Of a stretch of DNA of 64,000 bases, positions 1 through 27,485 are shown piece by piece. The notes below the pieces were generated by a model, which was given only the letters and a program-made list of their open reading frames with translations, ran no database searches and was not told the DNA's origin. The position numbers and the translations under genes are program-made. The number at the start of each line of letters is the position of its first letter. The first letter of the stretch is position 1. The stretch is taken from positions 299,275 through 363,274 of the forward strand of contig NIVC01000868.1 of assembly GCA_002269645.1 (NCBI GenBank), in the 5' to 3' direction. Source of the DNA: Macrostomum lignano. Its lineage: Eukaryota.

Positions 1-272
1 GGCAATGGGGTGGAGCGTGAGCTAAGAGTACTGTGAACAGAGCCATGCCTATCTTTCTCTCTCTTTCCCTTTGTTATGTACTTGGCACTTTTGAAATTCT
101 ACCAGACTGTTTTGACCTGCCTTTGGACTGTACAGTTTGTTTTGCTTAAATATATTGGTGCTGAAAATTAAGGTTAGTTGAATTTGCCCTGACGACGTCT
201 TGTGTTTGACGAAATGCATTGGCTAAAAAGAAAAATTTTATTTTATGTTTTTGTTGACGTTTATTTTCCTAC

Positions 273-726
273 TATGGTTTATAATCATCCAAATGTACAT
301 TTCCTATTAAAATGATTGTGAACCAAAGCTGGCTATAAGAAAGGGTGTCAAATAGTCCCGTATGTCAAGTAGCAAGTCTGAGATAATAGCTTATATATCA
401 CCTTCCATTTACAATCACCCAAATGTATATTTCCCATTAAAATGATTGTGAACCAAAGCTAGCTATAGGAAAGTGTCAAATATAACAAATAGTCATATGC
501 AGAAAACTGCTGCTTATTCTAGATCAAGGACATCAAAATCTCCCTTTCACCTTTGGTTTACAATCACTTCCACATATGCACTTTGCTGAAATGATTGCAA
601 ACCAAAGCTGGCAATATATCCTTTATCATAAGTGCATATGCATGATGTACAATATTAATTTTAACCCAGCTTTGGTTCACAATCACAATCATTTGTTACA
701 TATTCAAATGATTATATACCAAAGCT
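273..726. repeat. Four degenerate hairpin units with 130-150 bp period
   Basis: Arm pairs TTTGGTTTACAATCA / TGATTGTGAACCAAA at 273-327, 403-457, 551-607 and 668-726. Confidence 0.6.
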
Positions 727-1699
727 TATATATAAGCATCATCCAACAAATTGCACTTTAAATTAGGTTTTTTAGTTTTTTAGTTTTGAAGCTGCCATTA
801 TTGCATTGCCATAAGCAAAATATAGGTGATTATTAACTGAAACTAGCAAGATAAGAAGGTGATTGTAAACTGAAGGAATGCCTATATTAATTGATGACAA
901 GGCATTTAGCTTAAATAAGAGGCTATTTATAATTTAAAGTACTATGTAAATATTTCTAGTGTTTTTTATAATTATATAGTAACTAGAATAAATACCTTAT
1001 AAATAGTAATCCCATATTATCAAGGACTACTCAATATTTGTCCTTGTATTTTTTTTCATAATGAGTTTAAACTAACTAGAGCCAATAGACAGAGTTTAGA
1101 TATGATTTATGTTTATAGCTTAGCATCTTTTATTAGCTTATAGTATTTCTACTATAACTAATGCAAAGTATAAAGGGTTTTTCAAAAAAACAAATAAGAA
1201 TATAATTTTTTGCCTTTAAAAGGATATATTTTTAGTCAAATATAATTAGACAATAGCTATAACTAGAGTTTTTTATAGGTAAATCACATTTTTTGGTCAA
1301 AAAGTAAATTGCATAGCCAATGTAAATCAGGAGGTTGCACGTGTATACTGGATATAACATTAAAAGTATCAATATATTACATTTTTACTATTAGAAGATA
1401 ATTCTAAATAAAATATTATTGGCTTAATGGTAGCATTTATAGAATTTCCTAGGATAGGACAGAGAGTTTTACTACAACTTTGGTAGCTTAATGATAGGAT
1501 CTGATAAGGCAAAGCAAACCCCATCTCCCCATGGCCATCCTATCAATTTATCATAGTTATTATTAAAAATAAATAGAAAAAAAGTCTTATTGCTTAACTA
1601 AAAATATATCATATGGTATATATACACAATCTATATACTAAAAATGAAAATCCATGTGGGGCATAGGACTAGCTGTTTTTTTCTAAATTTGGGATAGAA

Positions 1700-2441
1700 G
1701 TGCTTATCCCCATGGTCCCATGCCAATATTTCTAATTTTATCCACACGAATCTATGTCAATAATTTTCAGCTTATCTTCATGGTAGCTTATTGAAATAGC
1801 TGCCACCATTCAAGTCTATAAGCCATGTCAATCGTTCCGATTTTATCCACATGGATCAATGTTGATAATTTCTAGCTTATCCCAAAAGTAGCTTATTGGA
1901 ATAAAGAGCCTTAAAATGAATCTGTTCAAAAACTGTCTTTTTGTTTTCACTGTTCTACAAATCTTCCAAATAAACTATATGTATTGAATACTGAATAGTA
2001 TCAAGTACTTTGTTAAAACTTTTCATCATTAAAATAATAAAAGGGTTAATTTTAAATATTTGCTTAGCTGCCAGCTTTACTTAGAACGACCAAACAACCC
2101 AAAGATTGAGGTGAATGAAACTTGCAATTGCAAAATTCAACTTTTAATTTCTAGTAATAATGATAATATTACTAATAATAATAACAATATCAATTTAAGG
2201 TCAGTACACAAAACTAAACACAAACAACTGCACAATCTTAGCCATGGGGATAAGCTGAAAATTATTGACACGGATCTGTGTGGAGAAAATTGGAATTATT
2301 GACATGGCCTATATAGACTTAAATGGTGGCAGCTATTTCAATAACTTGAATAAGCTGCCATGGGCATAAGCTAGAAATTATTGACATGGATCCATGTGGA
2401 TAAAATTGGAATTATTGGCACAGGACTGTGGGGATAAGCAC
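1700..2441. mobile_element. Foldback/MITE-like element with about 190-bp imperfect inverted arms
   Basis: 1700-1883 is the reverse complement of 2247-2441 over its whole length (e.g. TATTGAAATAGCTGCCACCATTCAAGTCTATA vs TATAGACTTAAATGGTGGCAGCTATTTCAATA), with a spacer of about 360 bp. No TSD identified. Confidence 0.6.
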
Positions 2442-3480
2442 ATCCATTTGGGATTGGCTTAAAAGAAAAAGGCAAATGAAATTGGCTCCTATACAGAGGC
2501 AAAAAATAATAACTACAAGAGGCCTCCTCACAGATAACAATAATTATGTACAAAATTACACAGGGAATTAATTATAAAGATGGAGGCCTATTCACGAGCT
2601 AAGCTAAGCTAAGCGACAAGCTAATTTTTATTTTTTACCATCATTTAGACTTAGTAGACAGTCGTGCAATATCGAATATTCGAATTCGTTATAACTCTTA
2701 TACTGCCCAATCCATAGGCTTATGACTAGGCCTAGGCCTACAATGTAAGTATAATCGATGTTTTGAACAATGACTAAATTTGTTTATTATTGGTAGAATA
2801 TTGGTAGATAATTGGTAGAATATTTGCTTATAGAAGAGATATTTCCAGTTCACATTACAATTTGCGAATAACTGTTAATAACCGACCATATATAAACTTT
2901 TCGCAATTTGACGAAAACTTAAAAAGCGATTGCACCATTATAACACAAGCGATCAAACAAGAAACAAATTTGTGTTCAATAGAACAGTTGCGGGTTTAAA
3001 GTAAATATGCTTATTTTAATTAAATGAACAAAAAATAGGAAAGATGAATAAAGATATTTAGGAATTCTATTGGTCAGCATTTCTGCATTTTAGTTGTTAT
3101 AGCGAATAACTAACTTTATCGCTAGACGCTAGCTAAAAGACGTGAACAGGTACGTGTAAAAAGCACAAAAAATATCGTTTGTAACTGACATCAAACTTTG
3201 CATTATACACTTTATATTTAAAAACTAAAACAAATTCTTTTGTGATTTTTACTTTCGTTTGTATTTAAAAATAAAATACTTCCTAAAATACAATTAAACA
3301 AATTTAGCAACACAAAAACAGCAATTATATATGGTCAAAATTGTTTTCAGCGGTTTTTTTTAACTTAAGATTGAAACATCTTTATTTATATAACTGTTTG
3401 TTTTGCTTTGTTTTATCTTTACTTTTACATATCTAGTTTTACCATATACATTATACATTAAATTTTAAGTCAGATAAACT

Positions 3481-6103
<2,623 letters not shown>

Positions 6104-6685
6104 CCGGGTCACGTGACAGACTTCCCGACTGTTAAAATGATTGCAATAGCTCGCGTGGCAGGCATCTCGTGACCCGGAGCGGAAGCAGTGCATGCTTGTA
6201 GAGAATTTTGCAGCTAACTCACATTGTGATTAGTTTTCTTTGCTCTTACTGTTTTATTTTCTAAATGATAATTATTGATATTCTTATGATGATAGCAAAT
6301 TTTTACGTTGCTACTAGTAGTAGGTGAGCGCAGACATACAGTGTACATAGATATTTTTTAACCGACTCGTCCCTCAAGGCTCTGCCGAATCCGTGCTGTG
6401 TAAATTGTCCGCTCATTCCGTCCGGCAGTTCATTCTGCATTCTCTTTCTTCATCACATCACAAAGCGCCAGAAGCAGCTCAGGCTTTGGTGCTGCAGTTC
6501 CGCGTCAGGTCAGACATGATTATTTTTCCTTTGCCTTTGACCAGATTATTTTCGTGCCTTGTTATTTTGTCGATTAACTATTTTCATTTTTTGCCATTTC
6601 CTCGAAACGTTTTCTAATCATTTTTGGAGTTTTGCATGTCGCCAACTCGAAATATTTGAGCCCCATTCTCCTTCATGCCCGGGTG

Positions 6686-7601
6686 CTGTCTGTAGCTGCG
6701 GTGCTGTCAGTCTGTAGCTGCGGTGCTGTCAGTCTGTAGCTGCGGTGCTGTCAGTTCATAGCCATCATGCTGTCAGTCTGTAGCTGCGGTGCTGTCAGTT
6801 CATAGCCATCATGCTGTCAGTCTGTAGCTGCGGTGCTGTCAGTTCATAGCCATCATGCTGTCAGTCTGTAGCTGCGGTGCTGTCAGTTCATAGCCATCAT
6901 GCTGTCAGTCTGTAGCTGCGGTGCTGTCAGTTCATAGCCATCATGCTGTCAGTCTGTAGCTGCGGTGCTGTCAGTTCATAGCCATCATGCTGTCAGTCTG
7001 TAGCCATCATGCTGTCAGTCTGTAGCCATCATGCTGTCAGTCTGTAGCCATAATGCTGTCAGTCTGTAGCCATCATGCTGTCAGTCTGTAGCCATCATGC
7101 TGTCAGTCTGTAGCCATCATGCTGTCAGTCTGTAGCTGCGGTGCTGTCAGTTCATAGCCATCATGCTGTCAGTCTGTAGCTGCGGTGCTGTCAGTTCATA
7201 GCCATCATGCTGTCAGTCTGTAGCTGCGGTGCTGTCAGTTCATAGCCATCATGCTGTCAGTCTGTAGCCATCATGCTGTCAGTCTGTAGCCATAATGCTG
7301 TCGGTCTGTAGCCATAATGCTGTCGGTCTGTAGCCATAATGCTGTCAGTCTGTAGCCATAATGCTGTCAGTCTGTAGCCATAATGCTGTCGGTCTGTAGC
7401 CATCATGCTGTCGGTCTGTAGCCATGATGCTGTCAGTCTGTAGCCATGATGCTGGCAGTCTGTAGCCATCATGCTGTCAGTCTGTAGCCATGAAGCTGTC
7501 AGTCTGTAGCCATGATGCTGTCAGTCTGTAGCCATGAAGCTGTCAGTCTGTAGCCATGATGCTGTCAGTCTGTAGCCATGATGCTGTCAGTCTGTAGCCA
7601 T
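6686..7601. repeat. 22-bp minisatellite with two alternating variants
   Basis: GCTGTCAGTCTGTAGCCATCAT / GCTGTCAGTCTGTAGCTGCGGT. Confidence 0.92.
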
Positions 7602-8239
7602 GTGCGTCGATATATTTTGCTAGGATGTAAAGGCAGAAAATTTCCTTTGATTTCTAATTTCGAGTTAATTATTTTCAATAGAAATGTTTAAGCCAAAAGG
7701 AGGAAGCTGGCGTCCGTACAGTCTACTCTGTTCCTGCATCGAATAAAGCTGGCTGCATCAGAGCTCTGTTTCTGTTTTTCTTTCTTCATCCAATTTTCCA
7801 GTCGCAAGTCGGCGCAGCTTTCTTTGCTCATTTTTACTCAATCGAAGCTCCTGGCGCAGCCGCTCCAAGAAAAATTTGCGCCATCAATCACTGCTCAGCA
7901 GGAGATCGAACGGGGAACTCAACCTGCCAAAAGTTGAGATTTTGATCCCCGGGCTGGGAGCGCTGGGAAATCTGATCTGCTGAATCTCAACCTTTTGGCC
8001 TGAGCTCGCAGCTGCTACTCAGGTTTATTAATTTCCTTGAAAGGACAGCCGCTCTTCAAGCCGCTCTTTTGAAGAAAATCCTTGAAAACGTTGCACTGCA
8101 GAAAATGCTCTGACACCGTCAAAACTGTGCTACATTTGTAGTTTTTGTACTCTAAAGCTAATGTACATGTATTGATACATGTACATCAGCTAACTGCTAC
8201 CTGCCCCTGGCTGAGAACATTTGCTTTCTAGGGGCACTC

Positions 8240-8430
8240 ATCCAAGTTTGACTGTACACCCATCCCACCCGCCAAATTTCATTGCACACCCACCCCACTC
8301 GCCAAGACTGATTGCACGCCCACCCCACCCGCAAAGACTGATTGCACACCCACCCAACTCGCTAAGTTTGATTGCGCACCCACCCCACCCGCCAAGACTG
8401 ATTGCGCACCCACCCACCCGCCAAGACTGA
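8240..8430. repeat. 30-bp minisatellite x about 6
   Basis: Unit similar to CCGCCAAGACTGATTGCACGCCCACCCCAC. Confidence 0.85.
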
Positions 8431-10797
8431 TTGCAATCCAAATTACTCGTATTCCTTTGTAGCTGGAGTTAAGCTAAGCCAGACAGGAGGCCAGTTGCTA
8501 TGCAGCACGCAGGACTCCCATTTTCATTCAATTCACCATGCGCCAGATTACCGGGTCCGCTTTCAGGCTACAAAAATGACTGCCCGTTTTCCTTAATTTC
8601 GTTTCTTCAGAATTAAAAACTAGCTACATATATATATAGATTAAATTTTCTGAGGAAAATTGCGAAATGTCAGAACAGGTCCTACATGTACACCGCGGGA
8701 CCGAAGGAGCCTCCATTCATGAATGATGCAGCACTGGGCGAGTCTGAGTTCATGCTCTGAATTTCATCAATTGGCAACTCCTATTTAGCATTCAGGGCTC
8801 ATTAAGGGCTCATTAACCTCGACTACATTTTACAATTTTCGCTGTACTACCTTGTAAAATTAGACAGTGCCCCAGAGCCTCAGTGCCCCAGTTTCTCAGT
8901 GCCCCTCTGTCCCGACAGAATTAACCGGTGTTCCCCAACAACAGAGCCAATGCCCCAAACAACAGAGCCAGTTCCTAAAAACTAAGTTAGCCAGGACCAC
9001 TAACAACAAAAGCCAGTGCCCCCAACAACAGCTAGAGCCAGTGCCCCCAACAACAAAAGCCAGTGCCCCCAACAACAGAGCCAGTGCCCCCAACAACAGA
9101 GCCAGTGTCCCCAACAACAAAGCCAGTGTCCCCAACAACAGAGCCAGTGCCCCAACAACAGAGTTAGCCAGAGCCCCAACAACAGAGCCAGTGCCCCAAC
9201 AACAGAGCCAGTGCCCCAACAACAGAGTTAGCCAGAGCCCCAACAACAGAGCCAGTGCCCCAACAACAGAGTTAGCCAGTGCCCCAACAACAGAGCCAGT
9301 GTCCCCAACAACAGAGCCAGTGCCCCAACAACAGAGCCAGTGCCCCAACAACAGAGCCAGTGCCCCAACAACAGAGTTAGCCAGAGTCCCCAACAACAGA
9401 GCCAGTGCCCCAACAACAGAGCCAGTGCCCCAACAACAGAGCCAGTGTCCCCAACAACAGAGCCAGTGCCCCAACAACAGAGCCAGTGCCCCCAACAACA
9501 GAGCCAGTGCCCCAACAACAGAGTTAGCCAGAGCCAAGACTGATTGCAATCCAAATTACTCGTATTCCTTTGTAGCTGGAGTTAAGCTAAGCCAGACAGG
9601 AGGCCAGTTGCTATGCAGCACGCAGGACTCCCATTTTCATTCAATTCACCATGCGCCAGATTACCGGGTCCGCTTTCAGGCTACAAAAATGACTGCCCGT
9701 TTTCCTTAATTTCGTTTCTTCAGAATTAAAAACTAGCTACATATATATATAGATTAAATTTTCTGAGGAAAATTGCGAAATGTCAGAACAGGTCCTACAT
9801 GTACACCGCGGGACCGAAGGAGCCTCCATTCATGAATGATGCAGCACTGGGCGAGTCTGAGTTCATGCTCTGAATTTCATCAATTGGCAACTCCTATTTA
9901 GCATTCAGGGCTCATTAAGGGCTCATTAACCTCGACTACATTTTACAATTTTCGCTGTACTACCTTGTAAAATTAGACAGTGCCCCAGAGCCTCAGTGCC
10001 CCAGTTTCTCAGTGCCCCTCTGTCCCGACAGAATTAACCGGTGTTCCCCAACAACAGAGCCAATGCCCCAAACAACAGAGCCAGTTCCTAAAAACTAAGT
10101 TAGCCAGGACCACTAACAACAAAAGCCAGTGCCCCCAACAACAGCTAGAGCCAGTGCCCCCAACAACAAAAGCCAGTGCCCCCAACAACAGAGCCAGTGC
10201 CCCCAACAACAGAGCCAGTGTCCCCAACAACAAAGCCAGTGTCCCCAACAACAGAGCCAGTGCCCCAACAACAGAGTTAGCCAGAGCCCCAACAACAGAG
10301 CCAGTGCCCCCAACAACAGAGCCAGTGCCCCAACAACAGAGTTAGCCAGAGCCCCAACAACAGAGCCAGTGCCCCAACAACAGAGTTAGCCAGTGCCCCA
10401 ACAACAGAGCCAGTGTCCCCAACAACAGAGCCAGTGCCCCAACAACAGAGCCAGTGCCCCAACAACAGAGCCAGTGCCCCAACAACAGAGTTAGCCAGAG
10501 TCCCCAACAACAGAGCCAGTGCCCCAACAACAGAGCCAGTGCCCCAACAACAGAGCCAGTGTCCCCAACAACAGAGCCAGTGCCCCAACAACAGAGCCAG
10601 TGCCCCCAACAACAGAGCCAGTGCCCCAACAACAGAGTTAGCCAGAGCCCCAACAACAGAGCCAGTGCCCCAACAACAGAGCCAGTGCCCCAACAACAGA
10701 GTTAGCCAGAGCCCCAACAACAGAGCCAGTGCCCCAACAACAGAGCCAGTGCCTTAACAACAGAGTTAGCCAGAGCCCCAACAACAGAGTTAGCCAG
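8420..10797. repeat. Tandem duplication of about 1.1 kb (unique segment plus 18-19-bp minisatellite)
   Basis: 8420-9532 is repeated from 9533 (offset 1113). The unique part appears identical; the GAGCCAGTGCCCCAACAACA arrays (8868-9532 and 9981-10797) differ in length. Confidence 0.9.
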
Positions 10798-11429
10798 TCA
10801 TTGGCAAGTTCCCAGTCGGCGGTTCCGCATTGCACAGGCCACCGACAGCCGGTAATGAAGTTGTAAAAGTCCGGATTAGCAAACCCGATTAGCTGCAGAT
10901 GATGAGCTCGAGCTCATGATGGAGAATTGCAATCAGAGGACAGAGAAGCGGAGGATTAAAGGCGGCGGCTGGGGAATCGACGAAGGCCGGACTCACATCA
11001 GCTTGGATTGAGCACCTGCGCTTCACCTTGGGGTGGTTGGCCAGCTGATCCCATTGGTGCAGAGCAGCTGGGGGGTGAGGGGAAGCGGAGTGATAAAGAA
11101 GAACTCAGCTCTCACCTCAGCTGCCCGAATGATTCGAGCAGACAGACAGGGCGGGGCTGCTGTGGCAGATCTGCGTCTGCGCCGCGATCCAGGATTCACG
11201 TTGATTTCCGTAACTCTCTCTGTCTGAGCTGGTCTGGTCGGCAAGAGGGCTTCCGAATAGAGGCTGTTTGGAGTCGGCGTTTCCACAGGTGAGAAGTTCC
11301 ATCTGGGATCTGTCAAAAGACCCATCCGTGATTCCTCTCTGAGGCCATCCGTGATCCCTCTCTGAGGCCATCCGTGATCCCTCTCTGAGGCCATCCGTGA
11401 TCTCTTCCTCTTCCTCCCCAAAGCTTCAG

Positions 11430-23739
<12,310 letters not shown>

Positions 23740-24436
23740 GCTTTTCTAGAATCTGAAATTATCGCGCCATATCCTACTGCAAGTAGCACAGAATATTCTA
23801 ATAGATTTTTAACTTTACTTTCAATTTTGGTTTATTAAATGCCGCAGAATTTTCTGAAAGTTTAAAGCAGGCGCTTTGCTTCTTCTGTGTGGCTTCTTGA
23901 CGACTCATCCGCTCAGTCTCGCAGCCCCGCGTCATCTGCTTGCTTCGGGCTCGTACTTTCTGCTGCGGAGCTTGCAGAGATTTTTACTTCTAGAAGCGCT
24001 GCTGGAAAAATGGCTGAGCCATCGGCCCTGTCCTCCAGGCCCGAGCAGTCCCAGAACTGGATCCCGTTTTGACTGGTTTCTCTGCCTACAGACTGTCAGG
24101 CAGGGTTGCAGACAGGCGCTCTTTCACACCCACCCCTGCAGTTCAGCCTCCGATTTCACTTTCGCTGCAATTCGAATTCTCCACCCCCTTTCACGCGTTG
24201 CCTGCCTAAAGCGACTGTTGAACAGAACTGGACTTTTTGCAACTCAGTTTCACTATTAAATACAGCCTTTACTGACTACTGTGAGTAGTTTTTGCTAATT
24301 GATTTTCCTGCTTTTCATTTCGGCAACTGGAACTCTCTAAGCTCGTGGCGCCTCTCAGGACTGGCTGTTCTGGAGCTTTCTGTACGCTTCTGCGGCAAGT
24401 TACATGAAAGGTCAAGGCCAATCCATAGAAGTTTAA

Positions 24437-25033
24437 GGAGTTGCAGCCGAGTGGTTGGAGCGTCGGACTCACGACTGAAAGGTCGGGGTTCGATTCCCAA
24501 TCCGACTGGAAAAATGTGTGTCCTTGAGTAAGACACTTAACTCTGCATTGCTTCAGTTCACCCAGCTGTAAAATGGGTGCCAGCATTAGCTGGGGCAATT
24601 GAGGGTGCGTTTGGCGACCCCCCAGTCCTTGGACTGACTGAAAATTTAGCTGAGCTGCAGTTCACCCTGCTGTAATCGGGCTAAACTAACCTAAACTACG
24701 GTAAGCTAAACTAAACCAAACCAAACTAAACTAAAGTAAACTAAACAAAACTAAACTAAACTAAACCAAACTAAACTAAACTAAACTAAACTAAACTAAA
24801 CTAAACTAATCTAAACTAAACTAAACTAAACTAAACCAAACTAAACTAAACTAAACTAAACTAAACTAAACCAAACTAAACTAAACTAAACTAAACTAAA
24901 CTAAACTAAACTAATCTAAACTAAACTAAACTAAACTAAACTAAACGAAACCAAACTAAACTAAACTAAACTAAACTAAACTAAACTAAACTAAACTAAA
25001 CCAAACCAAACTAAACTCAACTCAACTCAAACT
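24437..25033 (+). mobile_element. tRNA-derived CORE-SINE with (CTAAA)n tail
   Basis: Pol III A-box-like CAGCCGAGTGG at about 24444 and B-box GGTTCGATTCCC at 24487-24498. 24515-24577 TGTGTGTCCTTGAGTAAGACACTTAACTCTGCATTGCTTCAGTTCACCCAGCTGTAAAATGGG aligns by eye with the MIR CORE (TGTGTGACCTTGGGCAAGTCACTTAACCTCTCTGAGCCTCAGTTTCCTCATCTGTAAAATGGG). Tail at 24681-25033. Confidence 0.8.
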
Positions 25034-26056
25034 AGCACAGCGGGCCAGGCGTGTTGCCATTTACCTTCGATCTATGCGGACAGCCCTTGCGAAGCTACAA
25101 AGTGCAATGTTTTGAAAAAAATATCTATTTTAACATTTGTCAAGTTCACCAAAAGCTCCAGGCTGACAATCCGCAGCCAGTATCAGAATCTGTGCACTGC
25201 CAAATATGGCAGGTCATAAACTCCGCAGCGAGAACACAATTGCCTGCCGAGACTGGCAGGGAGAAGCAGTCAGTTGCCAGGCAGGCTGCACTAAGCGCGG
25301 GCACCGGCTGCCACACCAACTGCGGCACCGCAGGCAGGTCCTGCCCAGCTTATTTACCACAATATTTTTGTTTGGAAATGCTCAAACAGTGCACTCTGCC
25401 ATGAGCGGCAGGGGATGCTCCTAGCGCAGCTCAGCCCTCAGGAAAAACAGGCCGCACTCAGCGGCTCTGGAGGTCACGCGCCGGCCGCATGATCGGCTGC
25501 CCCAAAGTGCAGAGCTGGGCGGGACGGCCCGCCGCTGCCACCGGAGTTTGCGGTCATAAAAACGCGCGCTCAAAGGAAGTTTTGAGCACGCAGCGGCTGA
25601 CTGTTCTCGGCAGGCTGATAAGATTAGGCGAACAATTAGGGGTCTGAGGCGGCCGAGTTCTGCAATCGGGCGGCCAGTGCGAGTGCAAAGTGGCGCGGAT
25701 CGGGGGGGGGGGGGGGGCGGCACCGCCGGATGGCTTAAGCCGGATGGAAGCTCGGTCCTGAAATTGGACTCCCCGAGTGGGAAAATTAGGCATGGAAAAC
25801 AGCTACTAGCATACTACTTAGGTGTGCTACTGGTCAGTAGTGTAGTGGAGGAAATGCTGGCGTTTGAAGCTTTTTCGCATGCGGTTTATACGAACTGAGG
25901 CTGAATTGGTTTGAGAATTCGCTGGTCAAATGAGGCGCATCCCGACTCAGCGTATCGAACCGCCTCAAATATCTATTGCGTAAGTATTTTATTCTCTTGA
26001 AGTGCAAACAAAATGTAACAATTTATTTAGTTCGAACTCTATCTTATTGACAGGCT

Positions 26057-27247
26057 ACTCACTCACTATCCCATTCACAGACTGCTCACTCACTATCCCA
26101 TTCACAAACTGCTCACTCACTATCCCATTCATGCTCACTCACTATCCCACTCATGTTCACTCACTATCCCATTCATGCTCACTCACTATCCCATTCACAG
26201 ACTGCTCACTCATTATCCCATTCACAGACTACTCACTCACTATCCCATTCACAGACTGCTCACTCACTATCCCATTCATGCTCACTCACTATCCCACTCA
26301 TGTTCACTCACTATCCCATTCATGCTCACTCACTATCCCACTCATGCTCACTCACTATCCCACTCATGTTCACTCACTATCCCATTCATGCTCACTCACT
26401 ATCCCACTCATGCTCACTCACTATCCCACTCATGCTCACTCACTATCCCATTCATGCTCACTCACTATCCCATTCATGCTCACTCACTATCCCACTCATG
26501 CTCACTCACTATCCCACTCATGCTCACTCACTATCCCATTCATGCTCACTCACTATCCCACTCATGCTCACTCACTATCCCACTCATGTTCACTCACTAT
26601 CCCATTCATGCTCACTCACTATCCCACTCATGCTCACTCACTATCCCACTCATGTTCACTCACTATCCCATTCATGCTCACTCACTATCCCACTCATGCT
26701 CACTCACTATCCCACTCATGCTCACTCACTATCCCATTCATGCTCACTCACTATCCCATTCATGCTCACTCACTATCCCACTCATTCTCACTCACTATCC
26801 CATTCATGCTCACTCACTATCCCACTCATGCTCACTCACTATCCCATTCATGCTCACTCACTATCCCATTCATGCTCACTCACTATCCCACTCATGCTCA
26901 CTCACTATCCCACTCATGCTCACTCACTATCCCATTCATGCTCACTCACTATCCCACTCATGCTCACTCACTATCCCACTCATGTTCACTCACTATCCCA
27001 TTCATGCTCACTCACTATCCCACTCATGCTCACTCACTATCCCACTCATGTTCACTCACTATCCCATTCATGCTCACTCACTATCCCACTCATGCTCACT
27101 CACTATCCCACTCATGCTCACTCACTATCCCATTCATGCTCACTCACTATCCCATTCATGCTCACTCACTATCCCACTCATTCTCACTCACTATCCCATT
27201 CATGCTCACTCACTATCCCACTCATGCTCACTCACTATCCCACTCCT
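26057..27247. repeat. 23-bp minisatellite upstream of SLC2A
   Basis: Unit CATGCTCACTCACTATCCCA(C/T)T; explains the 400+ aa ORFs. Confidence 0.95.
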
Positions 27248-27485
27248 GCTCACTCCCGCACCGCTCGCACTCAGCCTGCGCAGCTCAAGCAGCCGCAGCC
27301 CCCCCCCCCAACGGCCGCCCCCATTGGCTGGCCCAGCCGGGGTGGCTGTGTGCACCCAGGCTATAACTTGGCTCGGTGCTGGGCCAGCCTGATAAGCCCT
27401 CAAAGTTTCTTCGGCAAGCAGCAAGGAGAACTGGAACTTCAGTCTCAGCCAAGCACCCGGCAACCACTGCAGACGGACCGGAAAG

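Noticed and set aside
8867-10835. PNNRASAP / LLGHWLCC ORFs
   Set aside because: Translation of an 18-19-bp minisatellite.
24437-24510. Possible tRNA gene
   Set aside because: A and B boxes present, but acceptor and anticodon stems pair poorly and it runs into a CORE domain; it is a SINE head.
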